Shown: in pieces, positions 19,667 to 29,523 of the stretch
How the letters are laid out: each line of letters begins with the position of its first letter
Numbering within the stretch: position 1 is the stretch's first letter
Assembly: GCA_965217035.1 (NCBI GenBank)
Contig: OZ244226.1
Span: 2,710,146-2,774,145 of the forward strand
Length of the DNA: 64,000 nt
Reading direction: 5' to 3'
Origin: Bacteriovoracaceae bacterium
Lineage (GTDB): Bacteria; Bdellovibrionota; Bacteriovoracia; Bacteriovoracales; Bacteriovoracaceae
Notes under the pieces: generated by a model
Told to the model about the DNA's origin: nothing
Database searches by the model: none
Seen by the model: the letters and a program-made list of their open reading frames with translations, nothing else
Program-made: the position numbers and the translations under genes

Positions 19667-20089
19667 TTGAATTTTAGAGATGCTTTAAGATTAGATCGAG
19701 AAGCAGCTTTGAGATATGAAAGTTTTAAGAAAAATTTAGACCCTCCTCGAAATAAGTATTCTGAAGCTAAAGGTCAGATCATAGCAGAACTACAAAAGGG
19801 TTTTAAACCTTACTATCATCCTCGAAGTAAAGCCAAGACGCTGGCTGTTTTAGGACATGCGAAGAGTGGTCAGAATACTCACAACTTCATAGAAAGACTA
19901 TTTGTAAATAATGATCTTGAAATTATAGATTTAGAAACTTTAGAAATTTCATCTTACGAATATAAAAGGTCATCAAAAGAAGATGACTTTATTTCTATCG
20001 TAAAGAAGATAATCGATGCCGATAGAGTGATTTTTGCAACTCCTGCGTATTGGTATGCAATGTCTGGAGTGATGAAAAATATAAATTGA
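19667..20089 (+). pseudogene. truncated GrpB-like plus flavodoxin/FMN-reductase fusion fragment
   Basis: FRDALR...Y...K...YSEAK (GrpB C-terminus) then FATPAYWYAMSGVMK, where the ORF ends abruptly. Confidence 0.55.
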
Positions 20090-20138
20090 ACTCTAAGGAA
20101 ATTGCCCAGAGAACTTTTGATTTTCTAGAGGAAGAGCA

Positions 20139-20600
20139 ATGAACTTAACTGTAAAAGAACGAGATTTTTGGAATTCTTATCTTGGAACTCTCAAAAGTAA
20201 GCCAATTAACCCAAAAGTTGAGGCTGGAATAGCTGGTAATCAAGAAATAGCCGATGATTTATTAGATCTATATTTATCTGGTAAGAAGACTGCGGGCAGT
20301 GGATTAGTAAAAGATTATGAGTTGGCAGGTGATCCATTACCGGAGGTTGGGAATTATTGGATTATTTTAAATTCTAAAAATGAGCCAAGTTGTATTGTAA
20401 AAACTGTTAGAGTTGAAAAATATCAGTTTGACCAGGTTCCTAAAGAAGTCGCAATTGCAGAAGGCGAAGGTGATTTGTCATTAGATTATTGGCGAAAGGT
20501 CCATGTCGAATTTTTTACTCCATTTTTAAAAGACTGGAACATAGATGATTTAGATAAAGAAATTTTAGTAACAGAGTTTTATGAGGTGGTTTATAAATGA
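20139..20600 (+). CDS. ASCH domain protein
   Basis: GKKTA, P.VG.Y.I, AIAEGEGDLSLDYWR. Confidence 0.9.
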   Translation: MNLTVKERDFWNSYLGTLKSKPINPKVEAGIAGNQEIADDLLDLYLSGKKTAGSGLVKDYELAGDPLPEVGNYWIILNSKNEPSCIVKTVRVEKYQFDQVPKEVAIAEGEGDLSLDYWRKVHVEFFTPFLKDWNIDDLDKEILVTEFYEVVYK

Positions 20601-20720
20601 AAAAATATTAGCGGATGGGTGCAGGTGGATTCTTCATGGGGCCAGATAACCTTGCGTTAGATCAATTTTTATTGTCATTATCGGATAAAGAAAAGTCTAA
20701 GATTTGTTTTATGATGATAG
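20597..20720 (+). pseudogene. peptidase E (S51) N-terminal remnant
   Basis: Frameshifted MK..L(A)MGAGGFFMGPDNLALDQFLLSLSDKEKSKICF then stop. Confidence 0.6.
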
Positions 20721-20956
20721 CTTAGGTTAGGGCGAAGAGTTGACCTTAAGCGAAATGAGAAATTATATCAGTTCAGTAAAAAAAATTCCATTTAACGCAG
20801 ACGATATTAATTTGCGACTTCATAGTCGATTTCAACTCTGATCTAAGCAGCCTTATGGTCATTCTCAGCAGTTTTTTTCTACTTATTCTATTTTTTATTT
20901 CCAATTCTTTATTTTCTTTTGTACTTAAATGGTCTAAAAGTAAGGAGAAGAAGGAC

Positions 20957-22669
20957 ATGAAAAATATTACACTTCTGGTATTTATCGCCTTAACAAATAT
21001 AACTTTCGTATATCCTCAGAATTCAATCCATACTGATAACCCGGTTTCTTCTAAGAGTTTGTCACAACACTACTTTATTATTGGAAAGGTTTGGGGATTT
21101 TTGAAATATCATCATCCTGCTTTTGTTAGAAATAAAGTTAACCCCGATTTATTTCTTGTTAAAAAAATTCTCCCCTTCATTGATAAGTCGACGAATAAAG
21201 AACAACGAGCGAATTTACTCATAAAAACCATCGATTTTCTTAATAAAGAGTCTCCACTTCCTAAGACTCCTCAAGAAGGTAAATTAAAAAAGATAAAGAA
21301 GCTTGGTCTTGATTTTTATAGAAAAGTTGACAATCTTTGGATTACTAAAATTATTGAGAGCCGTGAACTAAAACAAAAATTAATAAGAGTTTATAAACGT
21401 CATCCTTTTGAGAAAAGTGCCTTTGTTAATATTAATAAACAAATCGGAGTACCGAACTTTGATGTCGATTCTCGTTATTTTAATGATCGAAAGTCTATTA
21501 AGAATAAAAACATTCGACTTCTCGGCCTTTTTAGATTTTGGAATATCATTAATTACTTTTTTCCATCTACTTATCTAATGCACAAAAATTGGGACCAGGT
21601 TTTACTAAGATTCATTGGTCCCTTCTTGAATGCTCATGATGAGCTTTCTTATAATAAAGAATGCTTGAAAATTAATCGATACCTTGATGATACTCACGGC
21701 TACATGACTGTTCCAAGAATGGATGACATTCGTGGAAATAGAATGATCTCTCTACAACTTTCTTATGTTGATAAAAAAGCTGTGCTTTTGCAGAACTTGT
21801 CAAAATCTTCTTCTATTCCAAGGGGAAGTGTTATCTTGGAAATTAATGGTAAAAATATTAACTTGCTAAAGAAGAAATTTCGGAAGTATATAGCTGCTTC
21901 TAATAAATCTGCATTACATAGAGATTTAAATACCTGGATTTTATATTCCAAGGAAAGGTCTGCGATCATTAAGTATGCCTTTAAAGGTAAAACTCGTAAT
22001 ATAAAAGTTCCAACTCTTACTCAAGCAACTTATTACACACGGTTAAATAAGTTGGGGGAAGAGAAAGAAAAGTGGAAAATCTTAGATTCGAATATTGGTT
22101 ATATTGATATGGGAATTCTTGAAGTTTCTGATATCTCAAAAATGTTTAAAGATCTTTGGAACACAGATGGACTTATTTTAGATATTCGAAATTACCCTAA
22201 GGGAACAGTATGGAATATGATAAATTATCTCTATCCACAACCAACTAAAACTCACTTTTTTACAAGAGTGGATCCTCGTTTTCCCGGGGTGGTTATTAAA
22301 GATCCTCCAATGGCACTTTCTCCTCATTTAGACTACTCCAAAACTTATACCAAGAGGATAATACTTCTCTTTAATGAAACAAGTCAGAGTCACGCAGAGT
22401 ATACAATCATGGCTTTTGAAAAAGCTCGAAATGCTATCAAGGTAGGTAGTCAAACAGCAGGGGCCGATGGAAATGTCGTACGTATCTATTTACCAGGTGG
22501 TGTAAGCACTCTCTTTTCATCTCTTGGAGTTTATTACCCTAATGGTCAAAAAACTCAACGAATTGGTATCAAGCCTGATGTTAAAGTTCTTCCTACTATC
22601 AAATCATTACAGAATGGACGCGATCTTCTTATGGAAAGAGCAGTTGATTTGATTTTAAGGAAGAAGTAG
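20957..22669 (+). CDS. secreted S41 family peptidase
   Basis: KVWGFLKYHHP, RFWNIINYFFP, LDIRNYP, SQSHAE, TAGADG, RIGIKPD. Start ATG 20957. Confidence 0.9.
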   Translation: MKNITLLVFIALTNITFVYPQNSIHTDNPVSSKSLSQHYFIIGKVWGFLKYHHPAFVRNKVNPDLFLVKKILPFIDKSTNKEQRANLLIKTIDFLNKESPLPKTPQEGKLKKIKKLGLDFYRKVDNLWITKIIESRELKQKLIRVYKRHPFEKSAFVNINKQIGVPNFDVDSRYFNDRKSIKNKNIRLLGLFRFWNIINYFFPSTYLMHKNWDQVLLRFIGPFLNAHDELSYNKECLKINRYLDDTHGYMTVPRMDDIRGNRMISLQLSYVDKKAVLLQNLSKSSSIPRGSVILEINGKNINLLKKKFRKYIAASNKSALHRDLNTWILYSKERSAIIKYAFKGKTRNIKVPTLTQATYYTRLNKLGEEKEKWKILDSNIGYIDMGILEVSDISKMFKDLWNTDGLILDIRNYPKGTVWNMINYLYPQPTKTHFFTRVDPRFPGVVIKDPPMALSPHLDYSKTYTKRIILLFNETSQSHAEYTIMAFEKARNAIKVGSQTAGADGNVVRIYLPGGVSTLFSSLGVYYPNGQKTQRIGIKPDVKVLPTIKSLQNGRDLLMERAVDLILRKK

Positions 22670-22693
22670 CAAGAGATTGCATTTAGTTTTTTA

Positions 22694-23836
22694 TTATTTT
22701 GAGTGGCGTTTTTTTTGTTCCATTAGAAATTTAAACATCCCAGAAGGAGTCATATAATCTTCTGAGAGATCAACGATTTCTCCAATATAAGGAATTATTA
22801 ATTTACAGTCGGTGCAATGGGAAGCGAGATCAATAGGAGGATCGTACCAATTATGCAGAGAAAAATTAAACATCCCCCAGTGTATTGGAATAAGTTTTTT
22901 CGCATTTAAATCCTTAAAGGCTTTAGCTGTCTCTTCTGGCATCATGTGGATTTCCTGCCATCTTTTATCATATTGGCCATTTTCCATAAAAGCATAATCA
23001 ATATTTGGAAAGCGCTTGGAAATTTCTTTAAAATGAGGGGCATAGCCAGAATCTCCGCTAAAAAAGATAGATTCTGCTCCAGTTTCGATAACCCATCCTC
23101 CCCAAAGAGTTGAATTATCAATAAACTTGGTTCTACCAGAAGAATGTTGGGCAGGTGTAAAGGTAAATTTTACTTTCGTGAAGTTAGCACTTTCCCACCA
23201 ATTAAGATCTGTAATTAATCGGTCTTCAATTCCCCAGTGGTTTAGGTGGGAGCGAACTCCTAAAGGAACGAGAAAGCTCGTTTCTTTTTTGTCCTTAAAA
23301 TATTGGATGCTTTCTCGATCTAAATGGTCATAGTGATCGTGAGAAATTAAGACATAATCAATTTTAGGAAGATCTTCCATCTCTATCACCGGTTTTTGAA
23401 ATCGTTTAGCAATAAAGCTAAATGGGCTCGCAAAATCAGAAAAGACAGGATCTATCAAAATATTTGTATCATTCAGTTTTAACAAAATAGTACTATGGCC
23501 AAACCACACAAAACTAGCTCCACTGGAGTTCTTGAATTTATCTTTATTGAACTCGACGGATTTTATTTTTAAATCAGGCCAGCCAACTGTCGTTGGCCAG
23601 TAGTAATCAATAAATGAATCCAATTGACTTGAACGATTGAGCATTCTTTCAATAGCATTTGATTGCTCATTTATAAATCCACCTGCTTTTTCAGAATAAT
23701 TTAGATATTGCTTGAAACTATTTTTATAAGCTTCGCTTGGTTTTTTACCAAGGTTTTGAGGATAAAAACAAATTAAAATAACAAGCAAGAGAGCAAAAAA
23801 GCTAAATATAATACTGCCTAAAAAGTACTTTTTCAT
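22694..23836 (-). CDS. MBL-fold metallo-hydrolase (RomA/NAPE-PLD-like)
   Basis: WFGHS, ISHDHYDHLD, PAQHSSGR, SGDSGY, PIHWG. Confidence 0.9.
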   Translation of the reverse strand: MKKYFLGSIIFSFFALLLVILICFYPQNLGKKPSEAYKNSFKQYLNYSEKAGGFINEQSNAIERMLNRSSQLDSFIDYYWPTTVGWPDLKIKSVEFNKDKFKNSSGASFVWFGHSTILLKLNDTNILIDPVFSDFASPFSFIAKRFQKPVIEMEDLPKIDYVLISHDHYDHLDRESIQYFKDKKETSFLVPLGVRSHLNHWGIEDRLITDLNWWESANFTKVKFTFTPAQHSSGRTKFIDNSTLWGGWVIETGAESIFFSGDSGYAPHFKEISKRFPNIDYAFMENGQYDKRWQEIHMMPEETAKAFKDLNAKKLIPIHWGMFNFSLHNWYDPPIDLASHCTDCKLIIPYIGEIVDLSEDYMTPSGMFKFLMEQKKRHSK

Positions 23837-24036
23837 AAATTTAAAAGGTTTTGTTACTAATAATTTACTTGACCCTTTTTTATTTTATCAAGTCAAATCT
23901 GAATACTTTTATTTAATTGATTACATAATATGATAATATTAAATGAGATAGAAATATTCCTATTTTCTCTAGTTCTAAAGAAATTTGTCTTTCACGCTTA
24001 TATTGATTTGAATTTTAACGATTGATTAGAAAATTA

Positions 24037-24061
24037 AAGGCTAGCGAGGAATGCTAGCCTT
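24037..24061 (-). terminator. hairpin downstream of the Cys-rich peptide gene
   Basis: AAGGCTAGC-gaggaat-GCTAGCCTT flanked by A/T runs. Confidence 0.6.
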
Positions 24062-24117
24062 ATTTTTTATTTAGTTTTTTTATTGTAACTAAAATTTATG
24101 TAATTTGACTCAAAACT

Positions 24118-24345
24118 CTAAGCCTTAGTGATCAGGCTATATCTTTTAGAGGATTCCTTTTTCTCCTCTTTTACCTTAGTCTCTTCTTGATTGCATGAAA
24201 ATTGCCCCTTAATCTGGGTTGCATCTTTTCCTGAACATTGATTCTGACAAGAACCACTACAGCACAGCCCTTGAGGTGTGTAGCAACACCCTGCAAATAC
24301 ACTAAAGCTACTTAATAATAAACTTGTCAAAAATAAAACTTTCAT
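24118..24345 (-). CDS. small secreted Cys-rich protein
   Basis: AGGAG RBS, signal peptide, then CC-x6-CC-x3-C-x3-C-x13-C. Confidence 0.75.
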   Translation of the reverse strand: MKVLFLTSLLLSSFSVFAGCCYTPQGLCCSGSCQNQCSGKDATQIKGQFSCNQEETKVKEEKKESSKRYSLITKA

Positions 24346-24438
24346 ACAATTCGTCTCCTTTATTTTCCAGTGTTATATCAATATTTTGATTTGCTGGGGA
24401 TTGAGATAAATCAACTCTTATGATAGTTAAATAACAAC

Positions 24439-25302
24439 ATGAACTCTCTAACTTTTGCTATTTCTTCTGATGACTGTGCTATTGTAAATGCAATTTATAA
24501 GGAGGGCTCGTTAAGGAGAGCTGCAATTGCTTTAAACCTCGACGTTGCAGGAGTTTCGAGAAAAGTTCAAAGAATTTCAGAACAGCATCAAGTTTTGGTA
24601 AAAATTAATGGAAAATGGTCTGTAACTGATCGAGGGGCTAATCTAGTTCGTTGGATGCACAAAAGTATCAAGGAGCAAGAAAGAGCACTAGAGTTAAAGC
24701 AAACAATCAAAATCGCCTCAACTTCTTGGTTAGCCGAACAGATAATTTTTTCAAATTTACAAGAATTTCTTAATAAATCTTTAAATACAAATAGAGTATC
24801 AATTTTAACTCCATTGAAATCCTTTGAATTATCTCTTCTTGAAAGAGAAGTTGATTTTGTCATATCCTGTCATCCTCCTAATAATCCCGTTGTCGCTCAT
24901 AAAAAGATCGGATTAGAAAAATGGATAACGATAGTTCCTTATAAATGGAAACATGATATTAATACGACCTCTAATTTGCGCGACTATTTGTATTCGAGAG
25001 CATTAATCCGGCATATTTCAATTAATTACAATATCGTTTACCCCAATAATGATGACCTTATTGGAGAGAATGAAATTACAGTTAATCAATTACATTCTGT
25101 TCGATCAGCTATATCCAATGGAGTTGGCTGGGGATGCTGTCCAAAACTTCTTGTTACTGAACAGCTTAGATTAAAAAAAGTACTTGAGATAAATTTGCCT
25201 GTGCGATTGAATAACAATTTATCTATTTGGTGGTTACGAGAAAGAAAAGATATTAAGAAAAATATGGTCGAGATTTTTAATTGGATCAAAGACTCTATAT
25301 AG
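24439..25302 (+). CDS. LysR family regulator
   Basis: GSLRRAAIALN...VSR HTH plus substrate-binding domain, 287 aa. Confidence 0.8.
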   Translation: MNSLTFAISSDDCAIVNAIYKEGSLRRAAIALNLDVAGVSRKVQRISEQHQVLVKINGKWSVTDRGANLVRWMHKSIKEQERALELKQTIKIASTSWLAEQIIFSNLQEFLNKSLNTNRVSILTPLKSFELSLLEREVDFVISCHPPNNPVVAHKKIGLEKWITIVPYKWKHDINTTSNLRDYLYSRALIRHISINYNIVYPNNDDLIGENEITVNQLHSVRSAISNGVGWGCCPKLLVTEQLRLKKVLEINLPVRLNNNLSIWWLRERKDIKKNMVEIFNWIKDSI

Positions 25303-25306
25303 GGAC

Positions 25307-25430
25307 TGATTGATCTAAGCGCTCATCTCTCAAAGGACCACTAAAACGTTCTATATAGGCGTTTTCTGTAGGTTTTTCCCAGAACGAATAAAATGTCACT
25401 GAAAATTTCATAAATCCATGCTTCCGACAT
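25307..25430 (-). pseudogene. degenerate IS3 OrfB fragment
   Basis: Reverse strand reads FIR.G/KPTENAYIERFSGPLRDERL, matching the IS3 PGKP.ENAYIE.FNG.LRDE motif. Confidence 0.65.
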
Positions 25431-25471
25431 TAGATTTTTCACTTTATTGAGTTCATCGATTATCTTTGTGT

Positions 25472-25939
25472 CTATTTTAAAATTTTAGCTAAAATCTTAA
25501 TAAGCTTAAGTTGCAATAATTTTAGTGAGCTCTCAGATTTATCAAGATCAAGTTCGATAACAGAATAGATTACTTTTACAATATCAATCCTATCATTAAT
25601 GGGATTCTCAAGCTCATTGTAGATGAATACTTTTGTTTTCTCTGATGATCTATTAAGCTCGACGAGTAGACTTTTTGGGTCTTTTAAAGTCATTTTATAA
25701 AAAACTTCGTTAATCCATGCCTTGCCTTCTGTACTCGTATAATAAGAGTCGTAATCAAGACATTGAATTATTTCTTTAAAATCATCTTGAGACGCATTTC
25801 CAGTTTTCAACTTGTTCTCAAATTTTACTAAAGCAATTCCAGGTTTTTCTAAATTTTCTTGACAAAATTCAGGATATTTTTGTTGAGAAAAAGCAAACGA
25901 GCTTACCAGTACCAATAGTCCAGTCAAAAGTTTTTTCAT
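25472..25939 (-). CDS. secreted hypothetical protein
   Basis: Signal peptide from ATG 25939; GGAG RBS. Confidence 0.65.
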   Translation of the reverse strand: MKKLLTGLLVLVSSFAFSQQKYPEFCQENLEKPGIALVKFENKLKTGNASQDDFKEIIQCLDYDSYYTSTEGKAWINEVFYKMTLKDPKSLLVELNRSSEKTKVFIYNELENPINDRIDIVKVIYSVIELDLDKSESSLKLLQLKLIKILAKILK

Positions 25940-26161
25940 CTTCTTCTCCAATTTTTTGATTGTTTTTTTCAAATTCTATTTGTTATTACTTTTACAGTTT
26001 AGGATTTTATAACTAATTATAACTTTATGAACAAATCTGACAAGTAGGCTTTGATTGCATTATTAGAAGCTGGAAAGGCTCCCAAGAGCTCCTTACTAAT
26101 TGACAGTTCTCTTCTTCTGGAATAATTATTTACTTAGCTCAATACAACAGGAAGTATAACT

Positions 26162-26671
26162 TTGAAAAATAGCATACTGCTAGTTTGTTCTATCGTTTTT
26201 TCGTTAAATATCTTCTCTGAAACTCTTGAAGTTGGTTCTTTTAAAGTTTTAAATTTAGTATCAAGTAATTCAAAAAACTCTATTACTTTACTTGAAGTGA
26301 AATCGGGTAGTGGAAATATTCTAAACATCGATTGTCTAGATGGAAGAAAGCCGAATAACACAATACTATCTATTCTTCCAGGTGTTATTTTTAAGAACAA
26401 CGTCAATCATAAGGTATTTACCGGCCTTTCAGATTTTTACTGTGCTGGCCTAATAGAGGTCTTGTTAAAGAGCTTATCGATGGGAGATATCGTGAAAGTT
26501 TTAGTTCATTTTAAATATTTGATTGAAACAGAAGGTCCGGAGAAATACCAACTATTAAATATTCAGGATATAATTTTTAATACCAATGGTTCTTCGAAAA
26601 GCTTGAGATCAAGTCCGGCAGTTTTTGGCGAATTTATGTCGAGAGAGCCTGTTGTTCAAAAAAATATTTAG
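26162..26671 (+). CDS. secreted hypothetical protein
   Basis: Signal peptide, TTG start. Confidence 0.6.
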   Translation: MKNSILLVCSIVFSLNIFSETLEVGSFKVLNLVSSNSKNSITLLEVKSGSGNILNIDCLDGRKPNNTILSILPGVIFKNNVNHKVFTGLSDFYCAGLIEVLLKSLSMGDIVKVLVHFKYLIETEGPEKYQLLNIQDIIFNTNGSSKSLRSSPAVFGEFMSREPVVQKNI

Positions 26672-27068
26672 GTAAATGACTAATACTCCTGTCAAATAAT
26701 AGTAGCTAGAATCTTAATCGATCGAAGTTATTTGAATTCTTTGGACATTTTTGAAACATACTCACTATCGTTAAGGATACGATATTTATTAAAAGTAACT
26801 CAGAGTATTTGTTGCTTTCTCTTGATGTGCTTTTTGATAATGCTAAACTCTTAACAACCTGCAATTTAGGGAAGTATTTCTTAAAAATTTAAGTCTAGTT
26901 TTGTTCTAGAACTTAGTTGCTAAATTTGATCTGTGCTTACTATAGGAGGAACTGCCAAAAATTTTTGTCTAGTTTAATAGGTTATTTGTACTTTTTTTGA
27001 TGCATTATGAGCAGATTGAGATTTAGGTTATAATCGATTTTCGATTGTTTTAGAAACGAAGGAGAAAA

Positions 27069-27725
27069 TTGATGAGAGAGCTTTTTCTAGTTTTACTGTT
27101 CTTATTTAGCAGCGGTCTTGCAAAGGCAACTTACTGGCCAGCTAGATCTGTTAGTCCTGTTGTTTTAAGAGGAAACTATAAAGGATGTGCTCCTTCGATT
27201 TATGGGGCTGGTTTTTTTAATTATTATGACGTTCGTATTCGAAAGAAGAGATTAGTCTATACAGATCGACTTCATACTGATCCAAATTGTGAGGGAGCAG
27301 CTCTCAATGTTCAAAAAGAAGTATATCGTTTTAAGAAAATCAAAAAGATTCACCTGGGAGGAGGAATAACTAAGTATGAACTAGATTTAAAAACTCGTAA
27401 AATTCAGGTTACGATGAATGATGCTGGATATTTTCCTTATCTTAATGATATTTCTGAATGTGGCTTTACTGATTGGGCAGCAGGAATCACTCGAAAAGTA
27501 ACAGGTCGGACCTGTGATTTTTTGCTTAGTGCAGATAGCTTTCATGATACTTATCGAGCTCGAGGAGAGTTGTATTATATTAGTGTTATCTTAGATAAGA
27601 GCAGTGGAACTCATAAAGAACTAAGTTACCCACTTTTTTTCTCTGAAAGCGGAGATAATTCCGCTGAGCGAATCGATGAAGAGTTTGTATGTACTAGAAA
27701 TGATATCGTTTGTCCGAACTCTTAA
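27069..27725 (+). CDS. secreted protein, paralog of 18970-19602
   Basis: Signal peptide; CGFTDW...TGRTC; AGGAG RBS. Confidence 0.75.
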   Translation: MMRELFLVLLFLFSSGLAKATYWPARSVSPVVLRGNYKGCAPSIYGAGFFNYYDVRIRKKRLVYTDRLHTDPNCEGAALNVQKEVYRFKKIKKIHLGGGITKYELDLKTRKIQVTMNDAGYFPYLNDISECGFTDWAAGITRKVTGRTCDFLLSADSFHDTYRARGELYYISVILDKSSGTHKELSYPLFFSESGDNSAERIDEEFVCTRNDIVCPNS

Positions 27726-27745
27726 GCTTTATTTATCAAAATAAT

Positions 27746-27779
27746 TGGTGAAGGGGCTTTGAATAAAGCACCTTCGCCA
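27746..27779 (+). terminator. hairpin after 27069-27725
   Basis: TGGTGAAGGGGCTTT-gaat-AAAGCACCTTCGCCA. Confidence 0.55.
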
Positions 27780-28061
27780 TACCATATAAGGTTCGAAAAG
27801 CTTGCGCGTAAACTGTATGGCTTTTATCAATTAAGTTTTATTCGAAAATTCGATTTTAATTTTTCAGCTAGAAAATAATCTTACCGGCCAGCATCTTTCT
27901 TAAGAGGGAAGTATTAATCAGGTATGTTGATTTTATTTCAACTTTGACTATAAAAATGCGAGCAAAGAAATCAAGATCGGTAATTTTATCCTGTAATATA
28001 CCTGAGTAAAATATATCGTCAAAAAAAAAGTTCATTTGACCGATTAATTCTTTGAATAATC

Positions 28062-29393
28062 ATGTCTTCAAGGAGGAAGATTAAGTTGAAAGATAAGGGG
28101 GGCATTTACAATCCTTCTAAGCAGTTTATGCTTGGTTCTAATAGAGAGGGTACAGGAATACCGCTCCTTTTACTCATTTTCTCATTCTTCGCTTTTGTTC
28201 CCTTTAAAAGTTTTTCGAGTAATAAAAGATATTTTGAATTATCAACAAAAAAAAGAGTATTTAGCTTTAGAAAAAAAGTTTTTAACAATATGGTTTTAGT
28301 CAAAAAAACTTGGAAACCTTTAAGAAAAGTTATAGGTATAAAACCTCAGAATCTAAAAATTAATACAAGTCAGGGATTTCAATCTAATTTCAACCTTGGT
28401 TCAGAAATTTACTCTTTAAAAAATATAGAAGTTAAATTTTTTACAAAAATATTAAGAAAAATAAAAAAAATACGAGATAAGAAAAAGATTAGTTCTTATT
28501 TAATCAAAAATCTTGAATATTCTTCAATGTTGGAAAAAGAACGCTTAGTAGATGCATTCCTCTTTTTAATCAGTTCTCTGAAATACAATCATAAGCACTT
28601 TAGAAGTGACTTTAAGAAATTCCTTGTCTTTTGGAGAAAATCAAGAACAGGTGCAAGGCAAAATATTTTAAGATGTCTTACTAATAGATCCAAGCAAGTA
28701 AAGCTAGAGCAAAGGTCGATAGCTTCAACCAATAGATTAAAAGAAAAAATTAAAAGTGAGGAACTGAGAAGAAATAAACAGCGCTTTGAGATCGAAGCAC
28801 TCTATGATTTTTATGCCCTAAAAACAAATAATCAGGCGAACGGTTTCTCAAGTAATATTTTGAGTGAAGGAAGTCCTGGATTTGCACTTAAAATGGAAGT
28901 AGAACCTAATTGGTTTTTGAGAGCTAATGCTCACTCAATTACTTTCAAGTCTGATAGTAATCAACTTACTAACAACAAAGTTACTCCTCACGAAATTGAA
29001 GTTTCTAGAAATACCCAAATTTTTAATAGCATAGGCATGAACCTGGCAGGAGGTTATGAATCAGATATCTATTTGAAGTCATTGTCTCAAGGAGTCGCAA
29101 CGCTTGATGATATTAAAAGCATTTTTGGGAAGCTAGAGTTTAATTATCCGTTGTTCAAACTTTTTGATTTTACTACAGTTGTAAAAGTTGATTATAAATT
29201 GAGTTTGATTGTTTTGAGTCCCAAAGCGATTGATTCTCCAAAGGAATTAGGGTTCGGCTTAAAACTAGAAAGATCAATCGCTACTAATACGAAGATTGGT
29301 TTTGGAATTTCTTATTCTGAATCAAGTTTTGAGGTAGATGGTTTTGAACAAGGCTTGAGAAGGTTCGGAGTGAGTAGTTATGTTTCATTTTGA
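28062..29393 (+). CDS. hypothetical protein with probable C-terminal outer membrane beta-barrel
   Basis: Alternating beta-strand pattern ending in Y-x-x-F; basic N-terminal half; start uncertain. Confidence 0.55.
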   Translation: MSSRRKIKLKDKGGIYNPSKQFMLGSNREGTGIPLLLLIFSFFAFVPFKSFSSNKRYFELSTKKRVFSFRKKVFNNMVLVKKTWKPLRKVIGIKPQNLKINTSQGFQSNFNLGSEIYSLKNIEVKFFTKILRKIKKIRDKKKISSYLIKNLEYSSMLEKERLVDAFLFLISSLKYNHKHFRSDFKKFLVFWRKSRTGARQNILRCLTNRSKQVKLEQRSIASTNRLKEKIKSEELRRNKQRFEIEALYDFYALKTNNQANGFSSNILSEGSPGFALKMEVEPNWFLRANAHSITFKSDSNQLTNNKVTPHEIEVSRNTQIFNSIGMNLAGGYESDIYLKSLSQGVATLDDIKSIFGKLEFNYPLFKLFDFTTVVKVDYKLSLIVLSPKAIDSPKELGFGLKLERSIATNTKIGFGISYSESSFEVDGFEQGLRRFGVSSYVSF

Positions 29394-29523
29394 ATTTTGG
29401 CAAGTTTTGTTGGCATAATGATCTGAGCTCTTTTTTTTTATATTGGTAAGAAGGAAAATCGAAGAAAATCCTGAAATGGAGGTAAAATAATAGCTATTAG
29501 GTTTTTATCTTTTTGGAGAGAAA

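Noticed and set aside
20855..20956. Long N-terminal extensions on ORFs 20855, 46931, 25972, 56151 and 787
   Set aside because: Downstream ATGs have a better RBS, signal peptide or gene coupling.
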